Part shown: one piece after another, positions 30,807 to 41,637 of the stretch
Position numbering within the stretch: position 1 is the first letter of the stretch
Layout: the number at the start of each line of letters is the position of its first letter
NCBI GenBank assembly: GCA_963756765.1
Contig: CAVWPC010000007.1
Coordinates: 4,821 to 68,820 of the forward strand
DNA length: 64,000 nucleotides
Source: an uncultured beta proteobacterium
Lineage (GTDB): Bacteria > Pseudomonadota > Gammaproteobacteria > Burkholderiales > Casimicrobiaceae
Direction: 5' to 3'
Translations under genes and position numbers: made by a program
Notes under the pieces: model-generated
What the model saw: only the letters and a program-made list of their open reading frames with translations
What the model was told of the DNA's origin: nothing
Databases searched by the model: none

Positions 30807-31752
30807 ACCGCTGCCCGCGCCACCCGCCGTCCTGCTGATGGGACCGACGGCTGCCGGCAAGAGCGCACTCGCGCTCGCGCTGGCGCAGCGCTGGCCGGCG
30901 GAGATCATTGCCGTCGATTCGGCGCAGGTATACCGGGGCATGGACATCGGTACCGCCAAGGCTTCGGCGGCCGAACGCGCGCAGGTGCCGCATCACCTGC
31001 TCGACATTCGCGATCCGACGGCTGCGTACTCGGCGGCACAGTTCGTCACCGATGCGCTCGCCGCGATCGCTGCGATTCGCGCGCGCAACCGCATACCGCT
31101 GCTGGTCGGCGGAACCATGCTCTATTACCGGGCGCTGGCCGAAGGACTGTCGGCGCTCCCGCGCGGCGACGCGCAGGTGCGCGCAGAGATCGACGCGCGG
31201 GCCCGTGACCAGGGCTGGCCCGCACTGCACGCGGAACTCGCGCGCCTCGATCCGGCAACGGCCCGGCGCCTGGCTCCGGGCGACGCGCAGCGCATCCAGC
31301 GTGCGCTCGAAGTGCTCCACCTGACCGGCACCCCGCTGTCGCAGTTGCAGGGGCGGCGCGCGCGACCCGCACGCGAACTCGGGCCGTTCCTTTCGCTGGC
31401 ACTGGTCCCGGCCAACCGTGCCGACCTGCATGCCGCCATCGCCCGTCGCTTCGACGCGATGCTTGCTGCCGGGCTGGTGGACGAGCTGCGCCGGCTGCGC
31501 CAGCACCATGCACTTACCTCCGAAATGTCGTCGATGCGCTGCGTCGGCTATCGCCAGGCATGGTCGCACCTGGAGGGAACCATCGATCGCGCGCAGTTGC
31601 GGGAGCAGGGGATCGCGGCGACGCGCCAGCTCGCCAAGCGCCAGCTGACCTGGTTGCGCACCATGGACGCGACGGTATTCGATCCCGCCGACCCCGGCAT
31701 CGTCGGGCGGGTGGCGGACCTTCTGGCGCCGCGACTGCCGGCGGTGCGGTGA
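30775..31752 (+). CDS. miaA: tRNA dimethylallyltransferase (start uncertain)
   Basis: [42 protein letters not shown]. Confidence 0.96.
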   Translation: MSTASSCADAEPLPAPPAVLLMGPTAAGKSALALALAQRWPAEIIAVDSAQVYRGMDIGTAKASAAERAQVPHHLLDIRDPTAAYSAAQFVTDALAAIAAIRARNRIPLLVGGTMLYYRALAEGLSALPRGDAQVRAEIDARARDQGWPALHAELARLDPATARRLAPGDAQRIQRALEVLHLTGTPLSQLQGRRARPARELGPFLSLALVPANRADLHAAIARRFDAMLAAGLVDELRRLRQHHALTSEMSSMRCVGYRQAWSHLEGTIDRAQLREQGIAATRQLAKRQLTWLRTMDATVFDPADPGIVGRVADLLAPRLPAVR

Positions 31753-31849
31753 GACTTCGGTTTGCACGGCGGCTGGCACGGGCGGAATCGCCATGTAATA
31801 ATTGCAATCCCCTGCGCCGCACCAGCCCGGTCGCGGGCAATCGAACATC

Positions 31850-33256
31850 ATGGCGCGCACGCTCTACGACAAGTTGTGGGACAGCCATGTCGTCCGCGAG
31901 GAAGCGGACGGCACGGCGCTGCTCTACATCGACCGCCACCTCGTGCACGAGGTGACGAGCCCCCAGGCCTATGAAGGGTTGAGCCTCGCCAACCGCAAGC
32001 CCTGGCGGGCGCAGTCGGTCGTCGCGACGGCCGATCACAACACGCCGACCAAGGACTGGAATCGCGGTATCCAGGACCCGGTCTCGCGCACGCAGGTCGA
32101 AACGCTCGACGCCAACATCCGCATCCACGGCGCCAAGGCCTATTTTCCGTTTCTCGACCGACGCCAGGGCATCGTGCACGTGATCGGTCCCGAGCAGGGC
32201 GCGACCCTACCCGGCATGACCGTCGTGTGCGGCGACTCGCACACCAGCACGCATGGCGCGTTCGCCGCGCTGGCGTTCGGCATCGGCACGTCCGAAGTTG
32301 AGCACGTGCTTGCCACGCAGTGCCTGTTGATCAAGAAGGCCCGGTCGATGCTGATCCGCGTCGACGGCCGCCTGCCGCCTGGCGTCACGTCGAAAGACCT
32401 GGCGCTGGCGATCATCGGGCGCATCGGTACTGCCGGCGGTACAGGACACGCGATCGAATTTGCGGGCGAAGCGATCCGCGCGCTGTCGATGGAAGCGCGC
32501 ATGACCTTGTGCAACATGGCCATCGAAGCGGGAGCGCGTGCAGGCATGGTCGCCGTCGACGCGCGCACGCTCGATTATGTGAAAGGCCGGGCGTTCGCCC
32601 CCACCGGCGAAATGTGGGACCGTGCGGTCGCGCATTGGCGCACGCTGACGACCGACGAGGGCGCCCGCTTCGATACGACCCACGTCTTCGACGCGGCAGC
32701 GACCTTGCCGCAGGTGACCTGGGGCACGTCGCCGGAAATGGTGGTGCCCATCGACGGACACGTGCCGGATCCGGACAAGGAACGTGACGCGACGCGCCGC
32801 GACGGCATCGAGCGAGCGCTCTCCTACATGGGATTGCGCCCCAACACGGCGATGACGAACATCCACCTCGACAAGGTATTCATCGGCTCGTGCACCAATT
32901 CGCGCATCGAAGACCTGCGCCAGGCCGCCGCGGTGGCCCGCGGTCGCCACGTGGCGAGCAATATCAAGCTAGCCATGGTGGTGCCAGGCTCCGGGCTCGT
33001 GAAAGCACAGGCAGAAGCCGAGGGTCTCGACCGGATCTTTCGCGACGCGGGATTCGAGTGGCGCGAGCCGGGGTGTTCGATGTGCCTGGCGATGAACGAC
33101 GACAAGCTGGAACCGGGCGAGCGCTGCGCGTCGACTTCGAATCGCAATTTCGAAGGTCGCCAAGGGGCCGGCGGACGCACGCATCTGGTCAGTCCGGCGA
33201 TGGCCGCCGCCGCGGCCGTCGCGGGTCATTTCGTCGACGTCCGTCGACTTTTCTAG
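31850..33256 (+). CDS. leuC: 3-isopropylmalate dehydratase large subunit
   Basis: [54 protein letters not shown]. Confidence 0.98.
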   Translation: MARTLYDKLWDSHVVREEADGTALLYIDRHLVHEVTSPQAYEGLSLANRKPWRAQSVVATADHNTPTKDWNRGIQDPVSRTQVETLDANIRIHGAKAYFPFLDRRQGIVHVIGPEQGATLPGMTVVCGDSHTSTHGAFAALAFGIGTSEVEHVLATQCLLIKKARSMLIRVDGRLPPGVTSKDLALAIIGRIGTAGGTGHAIEFAGEAIRALSMEARMTLCNMAIEAGARAGMVAVDARTLDYVKGRAFAPTGEMWDRAVAHWRTLTTDEGARFDTTHVFDAAATLPQVTWGTSPEMVVPIDGHVPDPDKERDATRRDGIERALSYMGLRPNTAMTNIHLDKVFIGSCTNSRIEDLRQAAAVARGRHVASNIKLAMVVPGSGLVKAQAEAEGLDRIFRDAGFEWREPGCSMCLAMNDDKLEPGERCASTSNRNFEGRQGAGGRTHLVSPAMAAAAAVAGHFVDVRRLF

Positions 33257-33268
33257 AAGGAGCGTCCC

Positions 33269-33415
33269 ATGCTGAAGAAACTAGCGGCCCTCGCCGCAAT
33301 CGCGGGAATCGTTTGCGGTGTCACGGCATGCAACACGGTCGAAGGTGCCGGCAAGGACGTCAAGGCCGGTGGCCAGGCGATCGAGAACGCCGCCGACAAG
33401 GCCAAGCCCAAGTAG
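33269..33415 (+). CDS. Entericidin A/B family lipoprotein, 48 aa (absent from the ORF track)
   Basis: MLKKLAALAAIAGIVCGVTA-CNTVEGAGKDVKAGGQAIENAADKAKPK; lipobox VTAC, CNT.xG.GKD signature, SD AAGGAG. Confidence 0.92.
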   Translation: MLKKLAALAAIAGIVCGVTACNTVEGAGKDVKAGGQAIENAADKAKPK

Positions 33416-33442
33416 CGATCCGCAGGAACCCATGGGCCGATC

Positions 33443-34081
33443 ATGAAGCCGTTCCGTGTCCACACCGGTCTCGTCGCGCCGCTCGACCGCGCCAATGTCG
33501 ATACCGACGCGATCATTCCGAAGCAGTTCCTGAAGTCGATCAAGCGATCGGGCTTCGGACCGAACCTGTTCGACGAATGGCGCTACCTCGATCGTGGTGA
33601 GCCCGGCATGGACAACGCGAAGCGGCCGCGCAACCCGGGCTTCGTGCTCAACGAAGCGCGTTATGACGGCGCGTCGATCCTGCTCGCCCGCCGCAATTTC
33701 GGTTGCGGGAGTTCCCGCGAACACGCGCCCTGGGCGCTCTACGATTACGGGTTCCACGCGGTGATCGCGCCGTCGTACGCGGACATCTTCCACAACAACT
33801 GCTACAAGAACGGGCTGCTGCCGATCGTGTTGCCGGAAACGCAGGTGGACCGCCTGTTCGCCGATACGCTCGCCTTCCCCGGTTTCAAGCTGACGATCGA
33901 TCTCGAGCGGCAGGTCGTGTCGACGGTCGATGGGTCGACGGTGTTCGCGTTCGAGGTGGAGCCATTCCGGAAGCATTGCCTGCTGAACGGTTTCGACGAC
34001 ATCGGACTCACGCTGCAGCATGCCGAGGCGATTCGCGCCTTCGAAACCAAACGGCTGACGGACCAACCCTGGCTCGCGTAG
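33443..34081 (+). CDS. leuD: 3-isopropylmalate dehydratase small subunit
   Basis: [28 protein letters not shown]. Confidence 0.98.
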   Translation: MKPFRVHTGLVAPLDRANVDTDAIIPKQFLKSIKRSGFGPNLFDEWRYLDRGEPGMDNAKRPRNPGFVLNEARYDGASILLARRNFGCGSSREHAPWALYDYGFHAVIAPSYADIFHNNCYKNGLLPIVLPETQVDRLFADTLAFPGFKLTIDLERQVVSTVDGSTVFAFEVEPFRKHCLLNGFDDIGLTLQHAEAIRAFETKRLTDQPWLA

Positions 34082-34100
34082 GCAACGGACTTGGTACTGC

Positions 34101-34136
34101 GCGGCGCCAGTGAGCAACGGGGCGCCGCTTTTTTTT
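34101..34136 (+). terminator. Intrinsic terminator-like hairpin between leuD and leuB
   Basis: GCGGCGCC-N12-GGCGCCGC followed by T8. Confidence 0.7.
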
Positions 34137-34149
34137 GGGGAGTGGCAAG

Positions 34150-35226
34150 ATGAAGATCGCAATACTGCCGGGTGACGGCATCGGACCCGAGATCGTCGGA
34201 CAGGCGCAACGTGTGCTCGACGTGCTGCGCGAGGACGGCCTGCCGATCAGCACCGAGTCCGCGCCGATCGGTGGTGCCGGCTACGCGGCTGCCGGCCATC
34301 CGCTGCCGGCGCCCACCCTCGCGCTGGCTCAGAGTGCCGACGCGATCCTGCTCGGAGCCGTCGGCGGCCCCCGGTTCGACACGCTGCCCCGCGCACTGCG
34401 CCCCGAGCAGGGCATCCTGGGGATCCGCAAGGCGCTGGGATTGTTCGCCAACCTGCGTCCGGCGCTGCTTTATCCCGAACTCGCCGCGGCATCGACCTTG
34501 AAGGCCGAGGTCGTGGCCGGGCTCGATCTCATGATCCTGCGCGAACTCACCGGCGACATCTATTTCGGCCAGCCGCGCGGCCGGCGCAAGAACGCGGCCG
34601 GTGACGACGAGGGCTTCGACACCATGCTCTACAGCGTGCCGGAGATCGAGCGCATCGCCCGCGTGGGCTTCGACACCGCACGCAAGCGCGGCAAGCGTCT
34701 TTGCTCGGTCGACAAGGCCAACGTGCTCGACACGAGCATCCTGTGGCGCGAAGTCGTCACCGGACTGGCGTCCGAATATCCGGATGTCGAACTCACGCAC
34801 ATGTACGTGGACAACGCGGCGATGCAGCTGCTCAAGAACCCGAAGCAGTTCGATGTCATCGTGACCGGCAATATCTTCGGCGACATCCTGTCGGACGAGG
34901 CATCGATGCTCGCGGGCTCGATCGGCATGCTGCCGTCGGCTTCGCTCGATGCCAACCAGAAGGGCCTGTTCGAGCCGATCCACGGGTCGGCACCGGACAT
35001 CGCCGGGCAGGACAAGGCTAATCCCCTGGCGACCATCCTGTCGCTGGCGATGATGTTCCGCTACACCTTCGCCCGCGCCGACGTGGCCGGGCGCATCGAG
35101 CAGTCGGTGCGCCGCGTGCTGCAGCAGGGCCTGCGCACGGCTGACATCGCCTTGCCGGGTGAGGCGGTGGTGGGCACCCGCGCCATGGGGGATGCCGTGG
35201 TGGCGGCGCTGCGGGGCGGCGGATGA
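34150..35226 (+). CDS. leuB: 3-isopropylmalate dehydrogenase
   Basis: [49 protein letters not shown]. Confidence 0.98.
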   Translation: MKIAILPGDGIGPEIVGQAQRVLDVLREDGLPISTESAPIGGAGYAAAGHPLPAPTLALAQSADAILLGAVGGPRFDTLPRALRPEQGILGIRKALGLFANLRPALLYPELAAASTLKAEVVAGLDLMILRELTGDIYFGQPRGRRKNAAGDDEGFDTMLYSVPEIERIARVGFDTARKRGKRLCSVDKANVLDTSILWREVVTGLASEYPDVELTHMYVDNAAMQLLKNPKQFDVIVTGNIFGDILSDEASMLAGSIGMLPSASLDANQKGLFEPIHGSAPDIAGQDKANPLATILSLAMMFRYTFARADVAGRIEQSVRRVLQQGLRTADIALPGEAVVGTRAMGDAVVAALRGGG

Positions 35227-35828
35227 GCGGCGCGCCGCCGGTCGTCACGGTCCGCCGCGCGACGGGCGACGACGCGGAAGGCGTGCGGGCGACGATGGCG
35301 GCGCCGCGGGCGATGGCCGGCACGCTGCAGGTACCGCTGCCGAGTGCCGAAATGTGGCGCAAGCGCATTGCCGAAATCAGCGCCGACGACTACCTGCTGG
35401 TGGCCGAAGTCGAAGGCGAAGTCGTCGGCAACCTCGGCTTGCATTCGGCGGGAAGGTCGCCGCGGCGCCGGCATGCGGGTCTCGTCGGCATGGCGGTTCG
35501 CGACGACTGGCAGGGCAAGGGCGTGGGTGCGGCACTGCTTGCCGCCGCGCTCGACATCGCCGACAACTGGCTCAATTACCGCCGGCTCGAACTCACGGTC
35601 TACACCGACAACGACGCCGCGCACGCGCTATATCGCAAATTCGGCTTCGAAGTCGAAGGCCTTCACCGTGATTTCGCGTTTCGCGATGGACGCTTTGTCG
35701 ATGCCTATGCGATGGCCAGGCTGCGGCCGGCAGCCGATGCGACGCTGCGCGGCCGGCAGGACACGCTGCCCGCCAGCGTGCCCAAGGCCACCGGGCGCAA
35801 GGCGACGAAGACGGCGCGAAAACGCTAG
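35223..35828 (+). CDS. GNAT N-acetyltransferase (YhhY/AaaT-like)
   Basis: [52 protein letters not shown]; ATGA overlap with leuB. Confidence 0.88.
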   Translation: MSGAPPVVTVRRATGDDAEGVRATMAAPRAMAGTLQVPLPSAEMWRKRIAEISADDYLLVAEVEGEVVGNLGLHSAGRSPRRRHAGLVGMAVRDDWQGKGVGAALLAAALDIADNWLNYRRLELTVYTDNDAAHALYRKFGFEVEGLHRDFAFRDGRFVDAYAMARLRPAADATLRGRQDTLPASVPKATGRKATKTARKR

Positions 35829-35895
35829 GCCGGACGGCGAACGATGATTGCCCCCGCGCGGGGCCGGTGGTCCATTCAATTCGAGAGGCAAAGAA

Positions 35896-37014
35896 ATGCG
35901 TGTAGGTATCGTAGGTTGGCGAGGCATGGTGGGTTCCGTCCTGATGCAGCGAATGCGGGAGGAACGCGATTTCGACCTGATCGAGCCAGTGTTCTTCTCC
36001 ACGTCGGCTGCGGGCGGGCGCGCTCCCGACATCGGCCGCGGCGAGGGGAAGCTGCAGGATGCGGGCGACGTGCCCGCGCTGGCGTCGCTCGATGTGATCA
36101 TCTCCTGCCAGGGCGGCGACTGGACGACGGCGATGTACCCGAAGCTCCGCGCCGCCGGCTGGAACGGCTACTTCATCGACGCCGCCAAGACGCTGCGCAT
36201 GCAGGACGACGCCGTCATCATCCTGGATCCGGTCAACCGGCCGGTGATCGACGCCGCACTCGCGCAGGGCGTGCGCAACTACATCGGCGGAAATTGCACG
36301 GTCAGCCTGATGATGATGGCGCTCGCGGGTCTGTTCGAGCGCGATCTCATCGAATGGATGACCTGCATGACGTACCAGGCGGCGTCGGGCGCGGGCGCGC
36401 AGAACATGCGCGAACTGCTGCAACAGATGGGCGAAGCGCACCTGGCGGCGAAGTCGCTGCTGGACGATCCTGCTTCGGCAATCCTGGACATCGACCGCGA
36501 AGTCGCCGGCATCCTGCGCGACGAGCGCTTTCCCACCGAGCATTTCGGCGTGCCGCTGGCGGGTTCGCTCATTCCCTGGATCGACAAGGACATGGGCAAC
36601 GGGATGAGCCTCGAGGAGTGGAAGGGCGGGGCGGAGTCGAACAAGATCCTTGGCCGCGGCACCGCCGACGCGATCCCGATCGATTCACTTTGCGTACGCA
36701 TCGGCGCCATGCGCTGCCACAGCCAGGCGCTGACCATCAAGCTGCGCCGCGATGTCCCGCTGGCGGAAGTCGAGACGCTCATCGCCGGCGGCAATGAATG
36801 GGTACAGCTCGTTCCCAATCGTCGCGACGAAAGCGTGCGCGAATTGACGCCCGCCGCAGTGACCGGAAAGATGACCATTCCGATCGGACGCGTGCGCAAG
36901 CTGGCGATGGGACCGACCTACCTGTCCGCCTTTACCGTAGGCGATCAATTGCTGTGGGGAGCGGCGGAGCCGCTGCGCCGGATGTTGCGGATCCTGCTCG
37001 CGCACCAAGGTTAG
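35896..37014 (+). CDS. asd: Aspartate-semialdehyde dehydrogenase
   Basis: [44 protein letters not shown]. Confidence 0.97.
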   Translation: MRVGIVGWRGMVGSVLMQRMREERDFDLIEPVFFSTSAAGGRAPDIGRGEGKLQDAGDVPALASLDVIISCQGGDWTTAMYPKLRAAGWNGYFIDAAKTLRMQDDAVIILDPVNRPVIDAALAQGVRNYIGGNCTVSLMMMALAGLFERDLIEWMTCMTYQAASGAGAQNMRELLQQMGEAHLAAKSLLDDPASAILDIDREVAGILRDERFPTEHFGVPLAGSLIPWIDKDMGNGMSLEEWKGGAESNKILGRGTADAIPIDSLCVRIGAMRCHSQALTIKLRRDVPLAEVETLIAGGNEWVQLVPNRRDESVRELTPAAVTGKMTIPIGRVRKLAMGPTYLSAFTVGDQLLWGAAEPLRRMLRILLAHQG

Positions 37015-37057
37015 GGTCGCGCGTGCCGGGGGGGCCAGGCGGATGGTCCGGGCCGTC

Positions 37058-37091
37058 CGTTTGGCAAAGATGCCGGGCATTTTGCCAAACG
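37058..37091. terminator. Inverted repeat after asd, possible terminator
   Basis: CGTTTGGCAAA-gatgccgggcat-TTTGCCAAACG; no clear U-tract. Confidence 0.45.
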
Positions 37092-37321
37092 CGGTGCCGC
37101 GTCCCGTTTCCCAAAGGTTTGTGGGCCGGCGGTAGCGTACAAAGCACACGGCAATCTATGGTTTCGGCAGGAATGCAACACTGTGACGGTCTCGGCCGGC
37201 CACCACGGGTAGTGCCCGGTGGCTTCGAGGAGCGCAAGTGGTAGCGTTATCGATCACCCGGATGGCATGAAACTTTGTTGTCGCGAAGCCCATCGATGGC
37301 GAAAACCCAAGCTAATACCGA

Positions 37322-37358
37322 GGTTTAGCTTGCACCGCTAAACCCATGATGTTATGTT
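37322..37358 (+). promoter_or_regulatory. Sigma70-like fimV promoter with an inverted repeat around the -35
   Basis: TTGCAC-N17-TATGTT with extended -10 TG; GGTTTAGC-N7-GCTAAACC. Confidence 0.55.
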
Positions 37359-37393
37359 AGCTTGAGCCAAACAGCGTTCCCGAAGGGGTCGGC

Positions 37394-40069
37394 ATGCGCG
37401 TTAAACCAATTCTCCATTACGGCCTCATCGCGGGCGCGCTAGCGCTGCCCACGGCGGCCTTCCCGCTGGGCCTCGGCAAGTTGACCGTCGATTCCTATCT
37501 CGGTCAGCCGCTGTCCGCGCGCATCGAACTCCTTGCGGCCACGAAGGAAGAACTGGACTCGCTGTCGGCCAAGGTAGCCGACCCGTCGCTGTACCAGCAG
37601 AACAAGCTGCAATACCAGGGCGTGCTGTCGCGCGCCCGTGTCGCCCTCGAGCGCGGCCCCGGCGACACGGCGTATCTGAAGGTGACTTCGCCGACGCCGG
37701 TAAGCGAGCCGTTCCTCGATCTGCTGGTCGAATTGAACTGGTCGTCGGGACGGGTCGTTCGTGACTACACGTTCCTGCTGGATCCGCCTGGCACGGCTGC
37801 GCCGCCGCCGGTCGAACCGATCGCGCCGCTGCGTGCCGGATCCGCCCCGGCCGCACCTGCCGCACGGGCGCCGGCGGCATCTGCCGCGCCTGCGGCTCCG
37901 CGCGGTGCCGGCGATTCCTACTCGGTGAAGCGTGGCGACACGCTGTCGAAGATCGCGTCGCAGTACAAGCCGGAGACGGTCACCCTCGACCAGATGCTGG
38001 TTGCGTTGTTCAAGAGCAATCAGGATGCGTTCGACGGCGCCAACATGAACCGGTTGCGCTCCGGCGCGATCATGACCATCCCGAATGCGGTGGAAGCGTC
38101 CGCCACGCCTACCACCGAAGCCACGCGCACCGTCCGTGTGCAGGCCTCCGATTGGCGCGCCTATCGCGATCGCGTGGCTGCCGCGGCGCCCGTCGCCGAT
38201 CAGGGCGGTGGCCGCACCGCAGGGGGGCGCATCGGCACCGCGGTCGAGGACCGCACGCCCGCGGCCCGTCCTGGCAGCGATCAGCTGCGCGTGTCGAAGG
38301 AAGCTGCGGGCAAGGGGGCTGGCGCCGCGGAAAACGCAGTCGCCCGCGAAGCCCAGTTGCGCGAAGCGCAGAGCCGGATCGCCGAACTCGAGAAGACGCT
38401 CAAGGATCTGCAGCGCGCGGTTGAAATAAGGAACCAGACGCTGGCGCAGGCGCAGACGCAGGCGGAAGCCGCGACGGGCAAGGCGCCGGCACCGACGCCG
38501 CCGCCTTCCGCGACACCGCCGCCGGCCGCCACCACGCCGCCGCCGTCTGCGGCCCCGGTGCCGGCCGCAGTGCCGGTCCCGCCCCCCGTCGCCGCCGAGC
38601 CGCCGAAGGTGGTGGAGCCGCCCAAGGCCGAGCCGCCGCCAGCACCGGCCGCCGAGCCGCCGAAGGCGGCTGAGCCGGCCAAGGTCGAGCCGCCGCCTGC
38701 CGCGGAGCCCCCGAAGGTCGAGCCGCCGAAGGCCGTCGTTCCGAAGGCCCCGGTGAAGGCGCCGGCCAAGGCGCCGCCGGGATTCTTCGAGGACCTGTTC
38801 GGCAGCACGCCGCCGTGGGCCATCGGGGCGGGTGCACTTGCCGTGCTCGGCGGGATCGCTGCACTGATCGCCGCCCGCCGCCGCAAGACCACCAAGTTCG
38901 AGGACAGCATCATCTCGGGCACCGACATCAAGACCAATACGGTGTTCGGCTCGACCGGCGGTGGCGTCGTGAACACCGGCGACAACTCGCTGGCGAGCGA
39001 CTTCAGTCGCGAGGGTCTGGGCAACATCGACACCGACGAGGTCGACCCCATCGCCGAAGCGGAGGTCTACCTTGCCTACGGCCGCGATGCACAGGCCGAG
39101 GAGATCCTCAAGGACGCGTTGAAGAAGGATCCGCAGCGCCAGGAGATCTACCTCAAGCTGCTCGAGATCCACGCGCAGCACAACAAGCCGTCGGCCTTCG
39201 AGACCGTGGCTTCCGAGCTGTATGCGGTGACCAACGGCCAGGGCGACGTGTGGCACAAGGCCGTCGCACTGGGTCGCCAGCTCGATCCCAACAATCCGAT
39301 GTTCGCCGAAGGCGGCGCCCCGTCCCCGCGCACCGCGGCCGCGCCGCCGGTCGCCTTCGCGTCCGATGCGCACGTGCCAGAGCCGATGCGCACGGCCCTC
39401 GCGGATCGCGGTGGCGAGTTCCAGATGGACGAGGAGATTTCGATCTCGCCGTCGTCGGGCGCGGCCCCGAAGTCGCCGGCAGACATCCTGGCGGGCGCGG
39501 AAAGCGAACTCGAGAAATCGACCAAGCATGCGTTCACCGGTGACGACACCGTCGTGGACAAAGCGAAGGCAGCAACCATGGGGGCCGCTTCGGCGCTGAC
39601 GGGTGCGCTTGCGGCGGGCAAGGCCAACGTGGAGTCGATGACCTCGAGCTTTACCGAACGCGTCGACACGACCAAGGATCGCGTCGTCGAGACCATGCGT
39701 CATGACCTCGATTTCAAGCTGGATGACGACGACAAGCCCGCGCCGATGGCCAAGGTGCGCGGCGAGCCCGTATTCGAATCAGCCGAGGCCACCAGCACCG
39801 GCGCTTCGGCGCTGACGCGGCCCGCCGCCGCGCTGGAACTCGACAAGCTCGACCTTTCCTTCGACCCGGAACGGTCGACCTTCGAAGATCCGACGCCTTC
39901 GGTCCTCGACGGACAGTGGCACGACGCGGCGACCAAGCTCGACCTCGCCAAGGCCTACCAGGAAATGGGCGACGTCGAAGGCGCGCGCGAAATCCTGCAG
40001 GAAGTCCTGCACGAAGGCGACGATCAGCAGAAGTCGGAGGCAAAGTCGCTGCTGGCCAAGCTCGGCTGA
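37394..40069 (+). CDS. fimV: FimV/HubP polar landmark protein
   Basis: LGLGKLTVDSYLGQPL, LysM YSVKRGDTLSKIA, coiled coil, TM helix, DPIAEAEVYLAYGR, C-terminal TKLDLAKAYQEMGD. Confidence 0.93.
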   Translation: MRVKPILHYGLIAGALALPTAAFPLGLGKLTVDSYLGQPLSARIELLAATKEELDSLSAKVADPSLYQQNKLQYQGVLSRARVALERGPGDTAYLKVTSPTPVSEPFLDLLVELNWSSGRVVRDYTFLLDPPGTAAPPPVEPIAPLRAGSAPAAPAARAPAASAAPAAPRGAGDSYSVKRGDTLSKIASQYKPETVTLDQMLVALFKSNQDAFDGANMNRLRSGAIMTIPNAVEASATPTTEATRTVRVQASDWRAYRDRVAAAAPVADQGGGRTAGGRIGTAVEDRTPAARPGSDQLRVSKEAAGKGAGAAENAVAREAQLREAQSRIAELEKTLKDLQRAVEIRNQTLAQAQTQAEAATGKAPAPTPPPSATPPPAATTPPPSAAPVPAAVPVPPPVAAEPPKVVEPPKAEPPPAPAAEPPKAAEPAKVEPPPAAEPPKVEPPKAVVPKAPVKAPAKAPPGFFEDLFGSTPPWAIGAGALAVLGGIAALIAARRRKTTKFEDSIISGTDIKTNTVFGSTGGGVVNTGDNSLASDFSREGLGNIDTDEVDPIAEAEVYLAYGRDAQAEEILKDALKKDPQRQEIYLKLLEIHAQHNKPSAFETVASELYAVTNGQGDVWHKAVALGRQLDPNNPMFAEGGAPSPRTAAAPPVAFASDAHVPEPMRTALADRGGEFQMDEEISISPSSGAAPKSPADILAGAESELEKSTKHAFTGDDTVVDKAKAATMGAASALTGALAAGKANVESMTSSFTERVDTTKDRVVETMRHDLDFKLDDDDKPAPMAKVRGEPVFESAEATSTGASALTRPAAALELDKLDLSFDPERSTFEDPTPSVLDGQWHDAATKLDLAKAYQEMGDVEGAREILQEVLHEGDDQQKSEAKSLLAKLG
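38480..38780 (+). repeat. Pro/Ala-rich low-complexity linker in FimV with repeated (A/V)EPP(K/P) units
   Basis: Repeated GAGCCGCC codon blocks; AEPPKVVEPPKAEPPPAPAAEPPKAAEPAKVEPPPAAEPPKVEPPK. Confidence 0.8.
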
Positions 40070-40090
40070 TCGCTGTCGTTCCCGTAAGAT

Positions 40091-40127
40091 GAAACGGGCG
40101 GCGGATCCGCGATCCGCCGCCCGTTTC
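40091..40127. terminator. Perfect 17-bp-stem hairpin after fimV
   Basis: GAAACGGGCGGCGGATC-cgc-GATCCGCCGCCCGTTTC. Confidence 0.65.
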
Positions 40128-40162
40128 GCATTGCTCAAGCGTTGCCCTGGTGAGCCTTCCCG

Positions 40163-40957
40163 ATGCGCTACGCGCTGTCCCTCGAATACGCGGGCTATGC
40201 GTTCTGCGGCTTCCAGTCGCAGCCGTCCGGCTGCGGCGTGCAGGACGCGCTCGAACGCGCACTCGGAGCAATCGCTGCCGCGCCCGTCCGGGTGATTGCC
40301 GCAGGGCGTACCGATGCCGGCGTGCATGCGCTGTCGCAGGTCGTGCATTTCGACAGCGATGCCGTGCGTCCCTCCACGGCCTGGATTCGCGGTGTCAACG
40401 CGCACTTGCCGGACACGGCCGCGGTGCTGTGGGCACAAGCCGTTCCCGACGATTTCCACGCCCGCTTCGCGGCGGTCCGCCGGCACTACACTTTCCTGCT
40501 GTGCGATCGCGCGCAGCGCCTGGCCCTCGAGGCAGGCCGGGTTGGCTGGTACCATCAGGCGCTCGATATCGCCGCCATGCAGGCTGGTGCGGTTTCGTTG
40601 CTGGGGGAGCATGACTTCTCGTCGTTCCGCGCCGCCGAATGCCAGGCAAAGTCGCCGGTGAAGACGCTCGAGCACCTGACCATCGCGCGGCGTGGCCAAT
40701 TCGTTCAGTTCGACTTTTCCGCCAATGCATTCCTGCACCACATGATCCGCAACATGATCGGCGCGCTCGTGTACGTGGGCGCCGGGCGGCAGCCCGCGGG
40801 CTGGATCGCCGAACTCCTCGCGGCGCGTGACCGCGGCCGCGCGGCGCCCACGTTCGCCCCGGACGGCCTGTACTTTCGTGGCGCGGACTACGAGGCGCGC
40901 TTCGGGCTGCCGCCGACGGTGCGCGGGTTCTCCGTGGCGTCGGTGATGGAACCATGA
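40163..40957 (+). CDS. truA: tRNA pseudouridine(38-40) synthase
   Basis: AGRTDAGVHA, FHARF, HDFSSFRAAECQ, NAFLHHMIRN. Confidence 0.97.
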   Translation: MRYALSLEYAGYAFCGFQSQPSGCGVQDALERALGAIAAAPVRVIAAGRTDAGVHALSQVVHFDSDAVRPSTAWIRGVNAHLPDTAAVLWAQAVPDDFHARFAAVRRHYTFLLCDRAQRLALEAGRVGWYHQALDIAAMQAGAVSLLGEHDFSSFRAAECQAKSPVKTLEHLTIARRGQFVQFDFSANAFLHHMIRNMIGALVYVGAGRQPAGWIAELLAARDRGRAAPTFAPDGLYFRGADYEARFGLPPTVRGFSVASVMEP

Positions 40958-41637
40958 GCGCCACGTCGCCGGGTGCGACCCGCACGCGGATCAAGATTTG
41001 CGGCATCACCCGCGTTGCGGACGGCCTGGCGGCGGCGCACCTGGGCGCCGATGCGATCGGCCTCGTGTTCTGGAGCGGCACGCCGCGCTTCGTCGAAGTG
41101 GGCCGCGCCCGCGAGATTGCGGATGCCATGCCGCCCTTCGTGACCAAGGTCGGATTGTTCGTCGATCCGGAGGCGGCGGAAGTTCGCGCGATCCTCGACG
41201 CCGTGCCGGTCGACCTGCTGCAGTTCCACGGCACCGAGACGCCCGCACTATGCCGGTCCTTCGCGCGGCCATACCTCAAGGCCGTGCACATGAAGGACGG
41301 GGTCGATTTGCTAGAATATGCGGCGCTCTACCCGGATGCGTCCGGACTGCTGTTCGATTCCTTTTGGCCGGGTGACCTGCCCGGCGGCACGGGCCGCGCG
41401 TTCGACTGGTCGCGGCTGTCGTCTGCGGTGCAAGCACAGTTGCCCGCGCCGGTGATCCTCTCCGGCGGACTCGACCCGACCAATGTGGCGCAGGCCGTGC
41501 GTGCCGTGCGGCCATGGGCGGTGGACGTATCGAGCGGCGTGGAGGAGCGCGATGCGAGTGGCAAGCCACGCAGGGGATGCAAAGACGCAGCGCGAATCGC
41601 TGCGTTCATCGAAGGAGTGCGCAATGCAGATGTATGA
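40954..41637 (+). CDS. trpF: Phosphoribosylanthranilate isomerase
   Basis: [31 protein letters not shown]. Confidence 0.96.
   Translation: MSATSPGATRTRIKICGITRVADGLAAAHLGADAIGLVFWSGTPRFVEVGRAREIADAMPPFVTKVGLFVDPEAAEVRAILDAVPVDLLQFHGTETPALCRSFARPYLKAVHMKDGVDLLEYAALYPDASGLLFDSFWPGDLPGGTGRAFDWSRLSSAVQAQLPAPVILSGGLDPTNVAQAVRAVRPWAVDVSSGVEERDASGKPRRGCKDAARIAAFIEGVRNADV

Noticed and set aside
31753-31849. Leucine attenuator or sigma54 promoter before leuC
   Set aside because: No Leu-rich leader ORF or terminator; the TGGCAC lacks a correctly spaced TTGC.
37439-39703. Long antisense ORFs (also 17409-19148, 42706-44667, 58521-60878 and others)
   Set aside because: Stop-poor opposite-strand frames are expected in high-GC coding DNA; no motifs, and each overlaps a well-supported gene.
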